47,928 bases of DNA from PVC group bacterium (GTDB lineage: Bacteria > Auribacterota > Erginobacteria > Erginobacterales > Erginobacteraceae). Positions 19,622-28,356 of the stretch are shown in pieces. Within the stretch, counting starts at the first letter, position 1; each line of letters begins with the position of its first letter. A program made the position numbers and the translations under genes. The notes beneath the pieces are model-generated. The model searched no databases and was not told where the DNA came from. It saw nothing but the letters and a program-made list of their open reading frames with translations. The stretch is taken from contig JAZDIV010000031.1 in assembly GCA_043804695.1 (NCBI GenBank), positions 1 to 47,928 on the forward strand, given 5' to 3'.

Positions 19622-20451
19622 TGATGAGAAAACTCCTGATTCTCATTCTGGACGGCCTGCTCGGTTCCTTCAGGTCGAAGAAGGCGATTCTTTCCCTCAT
19701 TCTCTACCTGGGGATATTCTTTACCTTCTGTTACGGGTTTATCAAGGTGGAGGAGAAGATCATCCGGGAACTCGAGAACCAGGGGATCAACGAGACGTCC
19801 CGGAAGGTTGTCTCGGCCGCGGTGACAAGGATACTGCGGGAGAAGGATGACACCCGGATCGTCGATTTTCTTCTCACGGTGCCGTACTTCAACACGGCGG
19901 TTTTCATCCTCTCCATTTTCTGCACGCCGTTGCTGATCCTGCTGCTGCGCTACGATGTCCCGGCCCGGGAGATCTGCGACGGCACCCTGCGCTTTCTCAC
20001 CTTCCGGGTTTCCCGGCCTGTCTTTCTCCTTGCCCGGTTTCTGGGCGGCGCGATCGAGTTCGCGCTGATCACCCTGGCGGCGCACTGTGCGGCCATTTTC
20101 TGGGTCAAGGCCAGGATCCCCCTCTTTCCGGCGGGGGAGAGCTTCCGGGCGGGCCTCTCCTTCTGGCTGCGGCTGCAGTTCTTTTTCTCTGTCTTCATCG
20201 CGCTGGCGCTCCTGGTCTCGGTGACGGTCAGAAAGCCCGTTCACTCGCTCCTCCTGGCTGTTCTCGCCGTCCTCGCGCTCTTCCTCCTCCCGATCTGGAC
20301 GGATTACCTTTCTCCCTTCGACATCAAGTACATCGGGGGACTCTTCTCCGGCCCCGCCTTCCCCCTCTACCGCACCCTGGGGGCGTACCTCGGCTTTGCC
20401 GCGCTCTTTTTCGGGGCCGCCGCCCTCCTGTTCCAGCGGAAGAATCTGTAG
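19621..20451 (+). CDS. ABC-2 type exporter permease
   Basis: Multiple TM helices; EICDGTLRFLTFRVSRPVFLLARFLG motif; directly upstream of an ABC ATPase. Confidence 0.85.
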   Translation: MMRKLLILILDGLLGSFRSKKAILSLILYLGIFFTFCYGFIKVEEKIIRELENQGINETSRKVVSAAVTRILREKDDTRIVDFLLTVPYFNTAVFILSIFCTPLLILLLRYDVPAREICDGTLRFLTFRVSRPVFLLARFLGGAIEFALITLAAHCAAIFWVKARIPLFPAGESFRAGLSFWLRLQFFFSVFIALALLVSVTVRKPVHSLLLAVLAVLALFLLPIWTDYLSPFDIKYIGGLFSGPAFPLYRTLGAYLGFAALFFGAAALLFQRKNL

Positions 20452-21333
20452 ATGAACGCGATCGAAATCAGGAACCTGACCAAGAACTACGGGAGAAAGC
20501 AGGTTCTCCGGGGGTTGAACATGAGCGTTCCCGAAGGCTCGATCTATGGTTTCCTCGGGGTCAACGGGGCGGGGAAGACGACGACCCTGGGGATCCTGAC
20601 CGGCTTTCTCCCCCGCCGGGGCGGGACTGTCTCCGTCCGGGGCGTTCTCTCCTCGCTGCCCCAGGATGCGGCGCTCTACCCGGACCGGTCCATCCGGGGC
20701 CAGCTCGCGCTGCTGGCGCGGTTGAGCGGGGTCAGGGGGCGCCGCGCCGGGAGGGAGGCGGGGCGGGTTCTCGATCTCGTCCAGCTCGGCGATGCCGCCC
20801 GCTCGACCCCGAAGAAGCTTTCCCACGGGATGCGCCAGCGCCTCTCCGTCGCCCAGGCGCTCCTGGGCGATCCCGGCATCCTGGTCCTCGATGAGCCGAC
20901 CGCGGGGCTCGACCCGAAAAATTCGGCCGAGCTCCGGAGACTGATCAGGGGGCTGGGGCGGGAGAAGACGGTGGTACTGAGCTCCCACCTCCTCCCCGAG
21001 GTGGAGGAGATCTGCAGCCATGTCGGGGTGATCCATGACGGGAAGATGGTTTTCGAGGGGTCGGTGGCGGAGCTCACCGGCGCCGGGTCGCACGTCAGGT
21101 ACCGCCTCTCGAAGAGCATTGACCCGGCCGTCCTGGACGGGATCGGGGCGATCCGGAGCAAAGAGTTCGACGGGGAGGAGATGCTCCTCTCGGTTTCGTT
21201 CGATGATAAGCAGATCACCGTCGAGGAGATCAACGGGCGGATCTTCGAGATTCTCCGCGGGAGAGGGACGGGCATCAGGGAGATCACGCCCGGCCGCCGC
21301 CTGGAGGATGAATTCCTCCGTCTCCTCCGGTGA
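20452..21333 (+). CDS. ABC transporter ATP-binding protein
   Basis: Walker A GVNGAGKT, signature LSHGMRQR, Walker B LVLDEP and SSH motifs. Confidence 0.93.
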   Translation: MNAIEIRNLTKNYGRKQVLRGLNMSVPEGSIYGFLGVNGAGKTTTLGILTGFLPRRGGTVSVRGVLSSLPQDAALYPDRSIRGQLALLARLSGVRGRRAGREAGRVLDLVQLGDAARSTPKKLSHGMRQRLSVAQALLGDPGILVLDEPTAGLDPKNSAELRRLIRGLGREKTVVLSSHLLPEVEEICSHVGVIHDGKMVFEGSVAELTGAGSHVRYRLSKSIDPAVLDGIGAIRSKEFDGEEMLLSVSFDDKQITVEEINGRIFEILRGRGTGIREITPGRRLEDEFLRLLR

Positions 21334-21413
21334 ATCCTACCGCCGGAGCGGCGGAGACCGGAGCGGGTTTCGTCCGGCCGGGTGTTTTTTCGAAACAGGG
21401 GAGATGAGATGAG

Positions 21414-21707
21414 ATGAAAAGATTGCTTGGCGTGCTGATTCTGACGGTGTTATCCTTTTGCTGCTTGATCCCCGGAGCGGAGTCCGGATCTCCGCGCGGG
21501 AAGAGCGTGTTCCGGCGGGATTCTTTTTTCGATCGGGCGGACGCCGACCGGGATGGGTTCATGAACTGGCGGGAGTACCGGGATTGCCGCCGCTCCGGCA
21601 GCCGGGGGGACTTTTCCCGGAGAGACCGGGACCGGGACAACCGGCTGGACCGCGATGAGTGGGGATCGTTCGACGACCGAAGCGATTACTGGCGCTCCTG
21701 GCGCTGA
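21414..21707 (+). CDS. Small secreted EF-hand protein
   Basis: Signal peptide; two EF-hand loops, DADRDGFMNWREY and DRDRDNRLDRDEW. Confidence 0.7.
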   Translation: MKRLLGVLILTVLSFCCLIPGAESGSPRGKSVFRRDSFFDRADADRDGFMNWREYRDCRRSGSRGDFSRRDRDRDNRLDRDEWGSFDDRSDYWRSWR

Positions 21708-21868
21708 TCGCGAGAGCGGTAATTTTTAATTTTTTCCGCGTACTGATTACTGCTCACTGATTACCGATTCACCTCTGGGCGATCCGGCAAATCACCCGGG
21801 TTTACTACGGGACTACGGGCGACATCCCTGTAACCCGATAGTCACCGGCAAATTCTGGTTGAGATTTG

Positions 21869-23176
21869 ATGAGTCGGGAGAAGCCAGAGGCCCTTGTTTC
21901 CGACAGCACCGGCAAGGTTTATAGCCTGCCCCATTTAGAGGCGGCCGGGATGAAGGGCGGCCATTTTTTCCGGCTGACCGCCCGGGAGCTGATTCCCTTG
22001 CCGCCCGGCAGCGAGCTTTTTCTGCTGCCCGACAGAATGCCCGTGGGCTATGATCCACGGACGGGAAAGTACGTCACGCTGGGCCGGGGCCCGCTCTCCG
22101 GAAGAAGCAAAAGATGTTTTGCCGTGGCCGCGTTTGTTTCCCCCGGTTTTACGGCCACTTACAGCAGCGCTTACGCGGAGATCGGCCGGCCCGCCGTGCT
22201 GCCCCTTTTTTCCTACGCCGCCTGCGCTTTTTACCAGGGAGAATTCCACGCCGCCGGCGTGAGAGTTGATCGGGAGCTCCGCCAGGATTTGCGGGGCATG
22301 AATATTGCGGCGGTGAAAAAAAACGCCGCCGGACTGAAAAAAACATTCTCGCATAACCGGCTGATCGCCCACCTGGAAACCTGCGCCCTCACCTACGGCT
22401 GCCCGGCCGCCAGGAATTTCTTTCTGGGCAGATACGAAGCGCCCCTTCCCACGTCGCCCTCCTGCAATGCCCGGTGCATCGGGTGCATATCGTATCAGCC
22501 CAAGAACCGGTGCCCGGCCACCCAGCCCCGGATAGCCTTTGTTCCCACCCCCGAGGAGATAGCGGAGGTGGCCCTCTTTCATATCGGCCGCGTGCGGGAC
22601 CCGGTGGTGAGTTTTGGCCAGGGGTGTGAAGGAGAACCTTTGCTGGCCGCCGAAGTGCTGGAAAAATCGATCAGGCTGATCAGAAGTGGAACATCCCGGG
22701 GCGTGATCAATCTCAATACCAACGCCAGCCGGCCGGAGACCATCGCCCGGCTTTTTGACGCCGGTCTCGACAGCATCCGGGTCAGTTTAAACAGTGTTCG
22801 ACCGGATTATTACACACGGTACTTCAAGCCCGGGGCGTACGCTTTTAAAGATGTGATGCGGTCCATCAAGACGGCCAAAGGAAAGAAGGGTTTTGTTTCG
22901 GTCAACTATCTGACCATGCCCGGTTTCACGGATTCCCGGGATGAAATCGAGGCCTTCCGGGACTTCATAGAAACGTACCGCATCGACATGGTCCAGTGGA
23001 GAAACCTGAATTTTGACCCCCGGCGTTATTTCCGGCGGCTGCGGATCGAGGTGGGCCCCCGGGAGATGGGCGGCATCAAACAGCTCATTCACTCGCTGAA
23101 AAAAAGTTTCCCGGAACTGATGATGGGGTACTACAACCCTTCGAGGAACAGGATGCGGCGACATGTGAAGAAATGA
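21869..23176 (+). CDS. Radical SAM protein (uncharacterised family)
   Basis: CNARCIGC, SFGQGCEGEP, NTNAS and DSIRVSLNS motifs. Confidence 0.88.
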   Translation: MSREKPEALVSDSTGKVYSLPHLEAAGMKGGHFFRLTARELIPLPPGSELFLLPDRMPVGYDPRTGKYVTLGRGPLSGRSKRCFAVAAFVSPGFTATYSSAYAEIGRPAVLPLFSYAACAFYQGEFHAAGVRVDRELRQDLRGMNIAAVKKNAAGLKKTFSHNRLIAHLETCALTYGCPAARNFFLGRYEAPLPTSPSCNARCIGCISYQPKNRCPATQPRIAFVPTPEEIAEVALFHIGRVRDPVVSFGQGCEGEPLLAAEVLEKSIRLIRSGTSRGVINLNTNASRPETIARLFDAGLDSIRVSLNSVRPDYYTRYFKPGAYAFKDVMRSIKTAKGKKGFVSVNYLTMPGFTDSRDEIEAFRDFIETYRIDMVQWRNLNFDPRRYFRRLRIEVGPREMGGIKQLIHSLKKSFPELMMGYYNPSRNRMRRHVKK

Positions 23177-23225
23177 ACATCGAACGTCGAACGTCCAACT
23201 TTCAACGTCGAACGATTAAAAATTG

Positions 23226-23446
23226 TGGTTCTCTTCCATTTTGTGTGGGTAAATGCATTGTGCGTGTCATTGCGAGGAGCACTTGCCCCGAAGAATTCGG
23301 GGCAATAAGCGACGAAGCAATCTCTAATAAAGACCGATGCGCAATTTTTATCTTGTTTGTATTGAGGAGGATATGATGAGATTGCTTCGGCCTACGGCCT
23401 CGCAATGACATATTTGCTACATCCCACACAAAATGGAAAAGAATCA
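23226..23446. repeat. Nested palindromic MITE/REP-like element
   Basis: 24-bp outer IR matching 22/24; inner TGTCATTGCGAGG/CCTCGCAATGACA and CGAAGCAATCTC/GAGATTGCTTCG pairs; left end repeated at 47798-47823. Confidence 0.7.
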
Positions 23447-23496
23447 TTTCAATAAGATAATGTTTTTGGTCAAGTTATAACGAAGGAGTAGTTACG

Positions 23497-24108
23497 GTGG
23501 GACTGAGCATTCATTACCGCGGCCGTCTGAAGTCACCGGATTTAATCTCCTCCATCACCGAGGAGCTGACCGATATCTGCCGGAGCCTGGGCTGGGAGTC
23601 TGGTTGTCTGGGCGAGGATTTCAGCCGGGAAAACACCTCCCGACTGGTCCACACCGGGAAAGGGGCCCGGATCACCGGCCATCTGCCGCTGAAGGGGGTC
23701 GGGATCTCTCCGGGGCAGGGATGCGAAGGGATCTCCTTCTACTTTGACCGGGACGGCAACCTGATCTCTCCACTCATGATGGCGATCTCCGGTCCGGTAA
23801 AAGGCGATCTGCCCTGGGCCGCGGTCAAGATGCAGTTCGCCCCCCTCGATATCCACCTGACCATTATCGAGCTCTTCCGGTACCTGAAGAAGAAGTACTT
23901 CGAGATCTTCGAGGTCGAGGACGAGGGGTCCTACTGGGAGACCGGAGACGAGATGCTTCTGAAAAAGAAGATGGAGTTCCTGGCCGGCAAGATCGATGCC
24001 TTCGCCCGGATGCTCTCGGAAGCCGCCGCCGTCGCTCCCGGCATCTCCCCTCACGCCCTGGCCGACAAAATAGAAGAACTTCTCCGGGACAGATGGGACG
24101 AGATTTAA
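23497..24108 (+). CDS. Hypothetical protein
   Basis: AAGGAG RBS plus GTG start; typical codon usage; MGLSIHYRG...KMQFAP...EVEDEGSYWETGD. Confidence 0.7.
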   Translation: MGLSIHYRGRLKSPDLISSITEELTDICRSLGWESGCLGEDFSRENTSRLVHTGKGARITGHLPLKGVGISPGQGCEGISFYFDRDGNLISPLMMAISGPVKGDLPWAAVKMQFAPLDIHLTIIELFRYLKKKYFEIFEVEDEGSYWETGDEMLLKKKMEFLAGKIDAFARMLSEAAAVAPGISPHALADKIEELLRDRWDEI

Positions 24109-24119
24109 AAAACCGTCTC

Positions 24120-24743
24120 ATGAGCTGCTATAAGATAATAGAAAAAGACTCGATCGGCGCCGCCTGGCTGGCCGCGGCGCGGTATGTCCTGAAAGCCGGC
24201 CGGCCGGTCGATTTCGGCGATGTCGCCGCCCGCGAGGTCCTCAATCTCCAGGTGACGGTCAGGAACCCCCGCCGGGATGATCCCATCGTTCAACAGTACG
24301 GCGATCAGGAGATGATCGATTTCATGATGGGGAATTTCTTCGGAGAGAAAAGCGTCGAAGAGTGGGGATACTCCTACCGGGAACGCATCTTTACCCGGGA
24401 CGGGCTGGATCGCCTGGTTTCGAACCTGAAGGAGAAAGGCAACTCGACCTGGAGCGTGTTCACCCTGCTCCGGCCGGGCGAAGACGGGAAGCATGTCCCC
24501 TGCCTGACCCAGATCCAGGCCCTGGTCAGGGAGGAGAGGCTCTGCCTCGTCTGTTATTTCCGCAGCCAGGACATCGGCCTCAAGCTCTACGCCGACCTGC
24601 TGGCGCTGACGGAAGTGGGCGAGATGATAAAAGAGCGGGTGAAGACACCTTCCCTGGAGATGGTCCTTCATATCGCCTCGGCTCACATCTACCGGGAAGA
24701 TATCCCTCGCCTGGAAAAGATACTGCGGGAAAGGCCGCTGTAA
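24120..24743 (+). CDS. Short thymidylate synthase / pyrimidine hydroxymethylase-fold protein
   Basis: YSYRERI, VPCL (catalytic Cys), FRSQD and SAHIY motifs; Asp in place of the TS Asn177. Confidence 0.8.
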   Translation: MSCYKIIEKDSIGAAWLAAARYVLKAGRPVDFGDVAAREVLNLQVTVRNPRRDDPIVQQYGDQEMIDFMMGNFFGEKSVEEWGYSYRERIFTRDGLDRLVSNLKEKGNSTWSVFTLLRPGEDGKHVPCLTQIQALVREERLCLVCYFRSQDIGLKLYADLLALTEVGEMIKERVKTPSLEMVLHIASAHIYREDIPRLEKILRERPL

Positions 24744-24812
24744 AAATTCCGGGGACACAATGAATACTTCATTCATTCCCGGGAGTAGTGGAAATAAGTA
24801 TCCCCGGGATTT
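24744..24812. repeat. Short palindromic REP-like element
   Basis: AAATTCCGGGGACAC ... GTATCCCCGGGATTT inverted repeat. Confidence 0.5.
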
Positions 24813-24935
24813 CACTCCCCTTGAGTTCACGGCACGGCTTTTGGGGTTTGACATCAGCGGCAACTCTGCTATATTCCCCCACGATCGGTGGCTGGTGGCG
24901 GTGTCGTATTTCTTATCCCTTGCCACTGATCTTTC

Positions 24936-25009
24936 GCGCCCGTAGCTCAGATGGATAGAGCGCTTGCCTCCGGAGCAAGAGGCCGCGCGTTCGAATCGCG
25001 CCGGGCGTA
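24936..25009 (+). tRNA. tRNA-Arg(CCG)
   Basis: Acceptor stem GCGCCCG/CGGGCGT; D-arm TAGCTCAGATGGATAGAGC; anticodon arm CTTGC-CTCCGGA-GCAAG; T-arm GCGCG-TTCGAAT-CGCGC; CCA not encoded. Confidence 0.95.
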
Positions 25010-25444
25010 TGGAAAGGCATGAAACCGGAGTGGTGGAGTGTTGGAGTGGTGGGATAATGGGGAAACTGCACTGCGGCCCCTCTTCCGTCCCGGCTGACGG
25101 GGGAGGGGATTTTTTATGATCTGACCGGCAGACCGAGCACGTAGGCCCGGGCCGCCTGGAGTATCGCCATTACCTGGAAACGTCCGATCGCCAGGGTAAA
25201 CCTTCCTTCATTGAACTACGAATTTGGCAAACTGTTGCCCCTGCCTCGGCCCCTTATAAAGAAACAGACGAATTGAATGTGATTGAAGGTGAATAATTCC
25301 TCTGTCTCGCCCCCTTTTAAAACCACAGAGATCACAAAGGACACAGAGATGGTCGAATAAGCTTTTTACTCCTGCTCGACGTTGGACGTTGAACGTTGAG
25401 CGTTCGACGTTCAGTTTTTCTTTTCGGGCGCTCTGCTCTCTGCC

Positions 25445-26052
25445 CTATGCTCTTTGTGCAATCCCCTTTATCTTGCGCCAGAACTCGGTGGCCTCGGGGC
25501 AGGATTCGCCGACCGGGTACTTCGAGTTCAGTTTCTTGATCACGATCCCTTCTCCGCCGCCGGCAATTGCCCGGTTCAGCTCTTCTTCCAGGTCAAGGAA
25601 GGGCTTGCCCTCGAGCAGGCGGAAGGGCTCTTCCCAGGGGAGTGTCTGGAGAAGTTCTTCTCGTTTGCTCAGGGGTTTGTCGCCCAGGAACCGTCCCTGG
25701 TGATAGATAATATCGAAAACGTAGATGATCGGTGTAACGCCTTTCTTCCCGGCGAGCGCCGTGGGGATGAAGCGTCGACCGCCCTCGGCAGAGAGCTCGG
25801 CGTCGAGCAGTGTCCCCGGGGGATGATCTTCTTCGCGGCACCGGCCGGACCGGGCAGTTTTGCCGTCCAGTCCGGCGCTTTTTTCAGTCTCCTCCCCCAG
25901 AACTCGACCTTGCCGTTTTCGCGGCGGAGCACCTGAAGCCGCCAGCCGTCGATCTTCGAATCCACGATCCAGTCCTCTTTCTTCAGCTTCTCCCCGAAGT
26001 AAGGGATGGGCTGGAGGAGCCAGATAGGGGTGATGGGAAAGCGGTTATGATA
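25445..26052 (-). pseudogene. ATP-dependent DNA ligase, adenylation domain only, frameshifted
   Basis: Motif I SKIDGWR, then after a 1-nt loss in the G run at ~25814-25817: TLLDAEL, YVFDII, EGIVIK and FWRKIK. No start codon was found; an in-frame TGA precedes YHNRFP. Confidence 0.75.
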
Positions 26053-26683
26053 TCAGTATATCAGGAATGGGAGAGATAAGAATAATAAAACTGAACGTTC
26101 AACATTCAACATCCAACGCTCAACGTTTAACAGGCCGGTGCCGTCCTGATATAGGTTGTCACAGATAAAGTACATCCCCCCGGGGTTTATCCCCGGGGAA
26201 TGAAAGTTCACTAAGCTAATCGAATGGGACAAACCCCAAAACGGCCCCTGCCGCTTTACGCGGCAGGGGAGAAAGTTCTTAGTTGCTACTTTGATAGCCA
26301 ATGAACTCATTCACCCGCGGCGCAAGGCCGCGGGGGTCTTTTTTGTGTGTGGCGAACCGGTAGCTCATGAACTGATTCACCTGCCGGATAAACCGGCAGG
26401 GGTCTTCGTATGACGACGTTTTACCGGTAAAAAGCGACAACTGTAAATCAGGACGTGACAGGGGGGCGCCTGTTTTCCGGCAACGCGATAGTACATGCAC
26501 CGCATCAACCGCAAGTCCTTAACGGGGTGAAGAACGGTCCTCCATACATTTATGAGCCCCGGCGAATTGAGGGCAGAATTCAATTTTGTGGCTTGCTATT
26601 CACGCAGAGATTGGATTATATAAAAAAGAAGTGCCTAAAGTAACTCAAGTGCGCTAAAGTGCCTTACGTTAATCAGAGGATAC

Positions 26684-27421
26684 ATGATGAGGAAAGACGG
26701 GAGGAAGAATGACGAGCTCCGGCCGGTGAAGATCATGCCCGGCTTCGTGGAGATGGCCGCCGGGTCGGCGCTGGTCGAGATGGGCCGGACCCGGGTCGTC
26801 TGCACCGCCTCGGCGGAGGACCGCCTGCCCCCGTGGCTTCACCAGGCCCAGTTGAAGAGCCCGGACAAGCAGGGCTGGATAACCGCCGAGTACTCGATCC
26901 TGCCCGGCGCCGGCCCCCGCCGCACGGCGCGGGAGGCGACCACCGGAAAGAGATCGGGGCGGACACTGGAGATCCAGCGCCTGATCGGACGGTCGCTCCG
27001 GTCGGTCGCCGACCTGAAAAAACTCGGCCCCCGGACGGTCTGGATCGACTGCGACGTGATCCAGGCCGACGGTGGGACACGGGCGGCAGCCGTTACCGGC
27101 GGATTCGTAGCCCTGATGTCGGCCCTGAACTCCCTGAAAGAAGACGGGGTTATTACCGAGCTCCCGATCAGAGAACACCTGGCGGCAGTCAGTGCCGGCA
27201 TCCGGGACGGAGAGGTTCTTCTGGATCTTGACTACGAGGAGGACAGCGCGGTCGATGTCGACTGCAACGTGGTGATGACGGAGAGCGGTGAGCTGATCGA
27301 GGTCCAGGGGACCGGGGAGAAGAGAGGCTTCAGCCGGGAGCAGCTGACACAGATGCTGGACGCGGCCGGCCGTGCGATCCGGGAGTTGATTGTTTTCCAG
27401 AAAGAAGCTCTTTCTCTTTAG
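26684..27421 (+). CDS. rph: Ribonuclease PH
   Basis: GSALVEMGRTRVVCTAS, GWITAEYSILP, GRTLEIQRLIGRSLR, DCDVIQADGGTR and IEVQGTGE motifs. Confidence 0.97.
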   Translation: MMRKDGRKNDELRPVKIMPGFVEMAAGSALVEMGRTRVVCTASAEDRLPPWLHQAQLKSPDKQGWITAEYSILPGAGPRRTAREATTGKRSGRTLEIQRLIGRSLRSVADLKKLGPRTVWIDCDVIQADGGTRAAAVTGGFVALMSALNSLKEDGVITELPIREHLAAVSAGIRDGEVLLDLDYEEDSAVDVDCNVVMTESGELIEVQGTGEKRGFSREQLTQMLDAAGRAIRELIVFQKEALSL

Positions 27422-27494
27422 ACGTGAAATTTCGAAGCAGGATAATCCCCATCGGGGAATCGGTATAACCCGTGGTTAATAAGGAGCAGTGAAC

Positions 27495-28103
27495 ATGGAA
27501 ATAGTCATGGCCAGCCATAATCAGGGGAAGGTATCCGAATTGAAGAAGCTGCTGGATTATCTCCCGGTCAAGATCTGTTCGCTGGATGATTTCGAGATCA
27601 TCCCGGAGGTGAAAGAGGACGGGGCGAGCTACGCCGAGAACGCGGTCAAGAAAGCCCGGGCCGTTTACCGGGCGACGGGGAAGATATCCCTGGCCGACGA
27701 CTCCGGGCTGGAGGTGAACGCTCTCCAGGGCGCCCCCGGCGCGCGATCGGCCCGGTACGGCGGGGAGGGGCTCACCGATCACGAGAGGAACATTCTTCTT
27801 CTCAAGCAGATGGAGGGTGTCCGGGACGAAGACCGGGGCGCCACCTTCCAGTGCTGCCTGGCGATTATCGGGCCGAAAGGGCTGGAGAAGGTCGTCACCG
27901 GCTCCTGCCGCGGGAACATCACGCGGGCGCCCCAGGGCGGGAGCGGCTTCGGGTATGACCCGATCTTTCTCCCGTTCGAATACAAGCACACCTTCGCGGA
28001 GCTCTCCCCGGAGATAAAGAACAGGATCAGCCACCGCGCCCGCGCGCTGGAAAAGGCCGCCCTCTTCCTGGACGGGTACATATATTCGGAGACACATCGG
28101 TGA
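27495..28103 (+). CDS. rdgB: dITP/XTP pyrophosphatase (RdgB/HAM1)
   Basis: ASHNQGK, ENAVKKA, ADDSGL, GFGYDPIF and KNRISHR motifs; follows rph. Confidence 0.95.
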   Translation: MEIVMASHNQGKVSELKKLLDYLPVKICSLDDFEIIPEVKEDGASYAENAVKKARAVYRATGKISLADDSGLEVNALQGAPGARSARYGGEGLTDHERNILLLKQMEGVRDEDRGATFQCCLAIIGPKGLEKVVTGSCRGNITRAPQGGSGFGYDPIFLPFEYKHTFAELSPEIKNRISHRARALEKAALFLDGYIYSETHR

Positions 28104-28356
28104 AGGGGGCATCATTTAAGCCTGTTCGTCCGTCTTCGTGAGATTAGCGGGGAGTACTGGAGTAATGGAGTGTTGGTATAATGGGCGCCCGGCCCTCCAA
28201 CGCTTGCTACTCCATCTTTCCATCACTCCACTGCGCCAGCATGTTATATACAATGAAGAGAAAATCCTTTTTCCGTCATTCCCTCTCGGCGGAGCCAAAC
28301 CCTGGACCGGTACATTTACTTATTCCCCTTAGTATTTTTACGGAGTAAAAATACAA

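Noticed and set aside
19519..21093. Long antisense and alternate-frame ORFs (e.g. 19519-21093 -, 4241-5554 -, 31360-32709 +, 41503-42702 -, 46641-47756 -)
   Set aside because: They are shadows of well-supported genes in high-GC DNA, with no recognisable motifs.
23173..23447. Short ORFs at 23173-23376 (+), 23202-23447 (-), 24760-24945, 26053-26643, 28116-28332 and 45275-45619
   Set aside because: They are translations of the intergenic repeats and palindromes rather than plausible proteins.
26295..26410. CRISPR array (66-nt period, hairpin repeats)
   Set aside because: There are only two units, the repeats differ within the stem, and no cas genes are in the window.
26410..26600. 6S RNA or a riboswitch upstream of rph
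   Set aside because: I could not identify the long closing stem and central bubble of 6S, nor any riboswitch consensus; this needs an Rfam scan.
24936..26640. Prophage or integrative element at tRNA-Arg
   Set aside because: No integrase, no phage genes and no duplicated tRNA 3' end were seen in the window.
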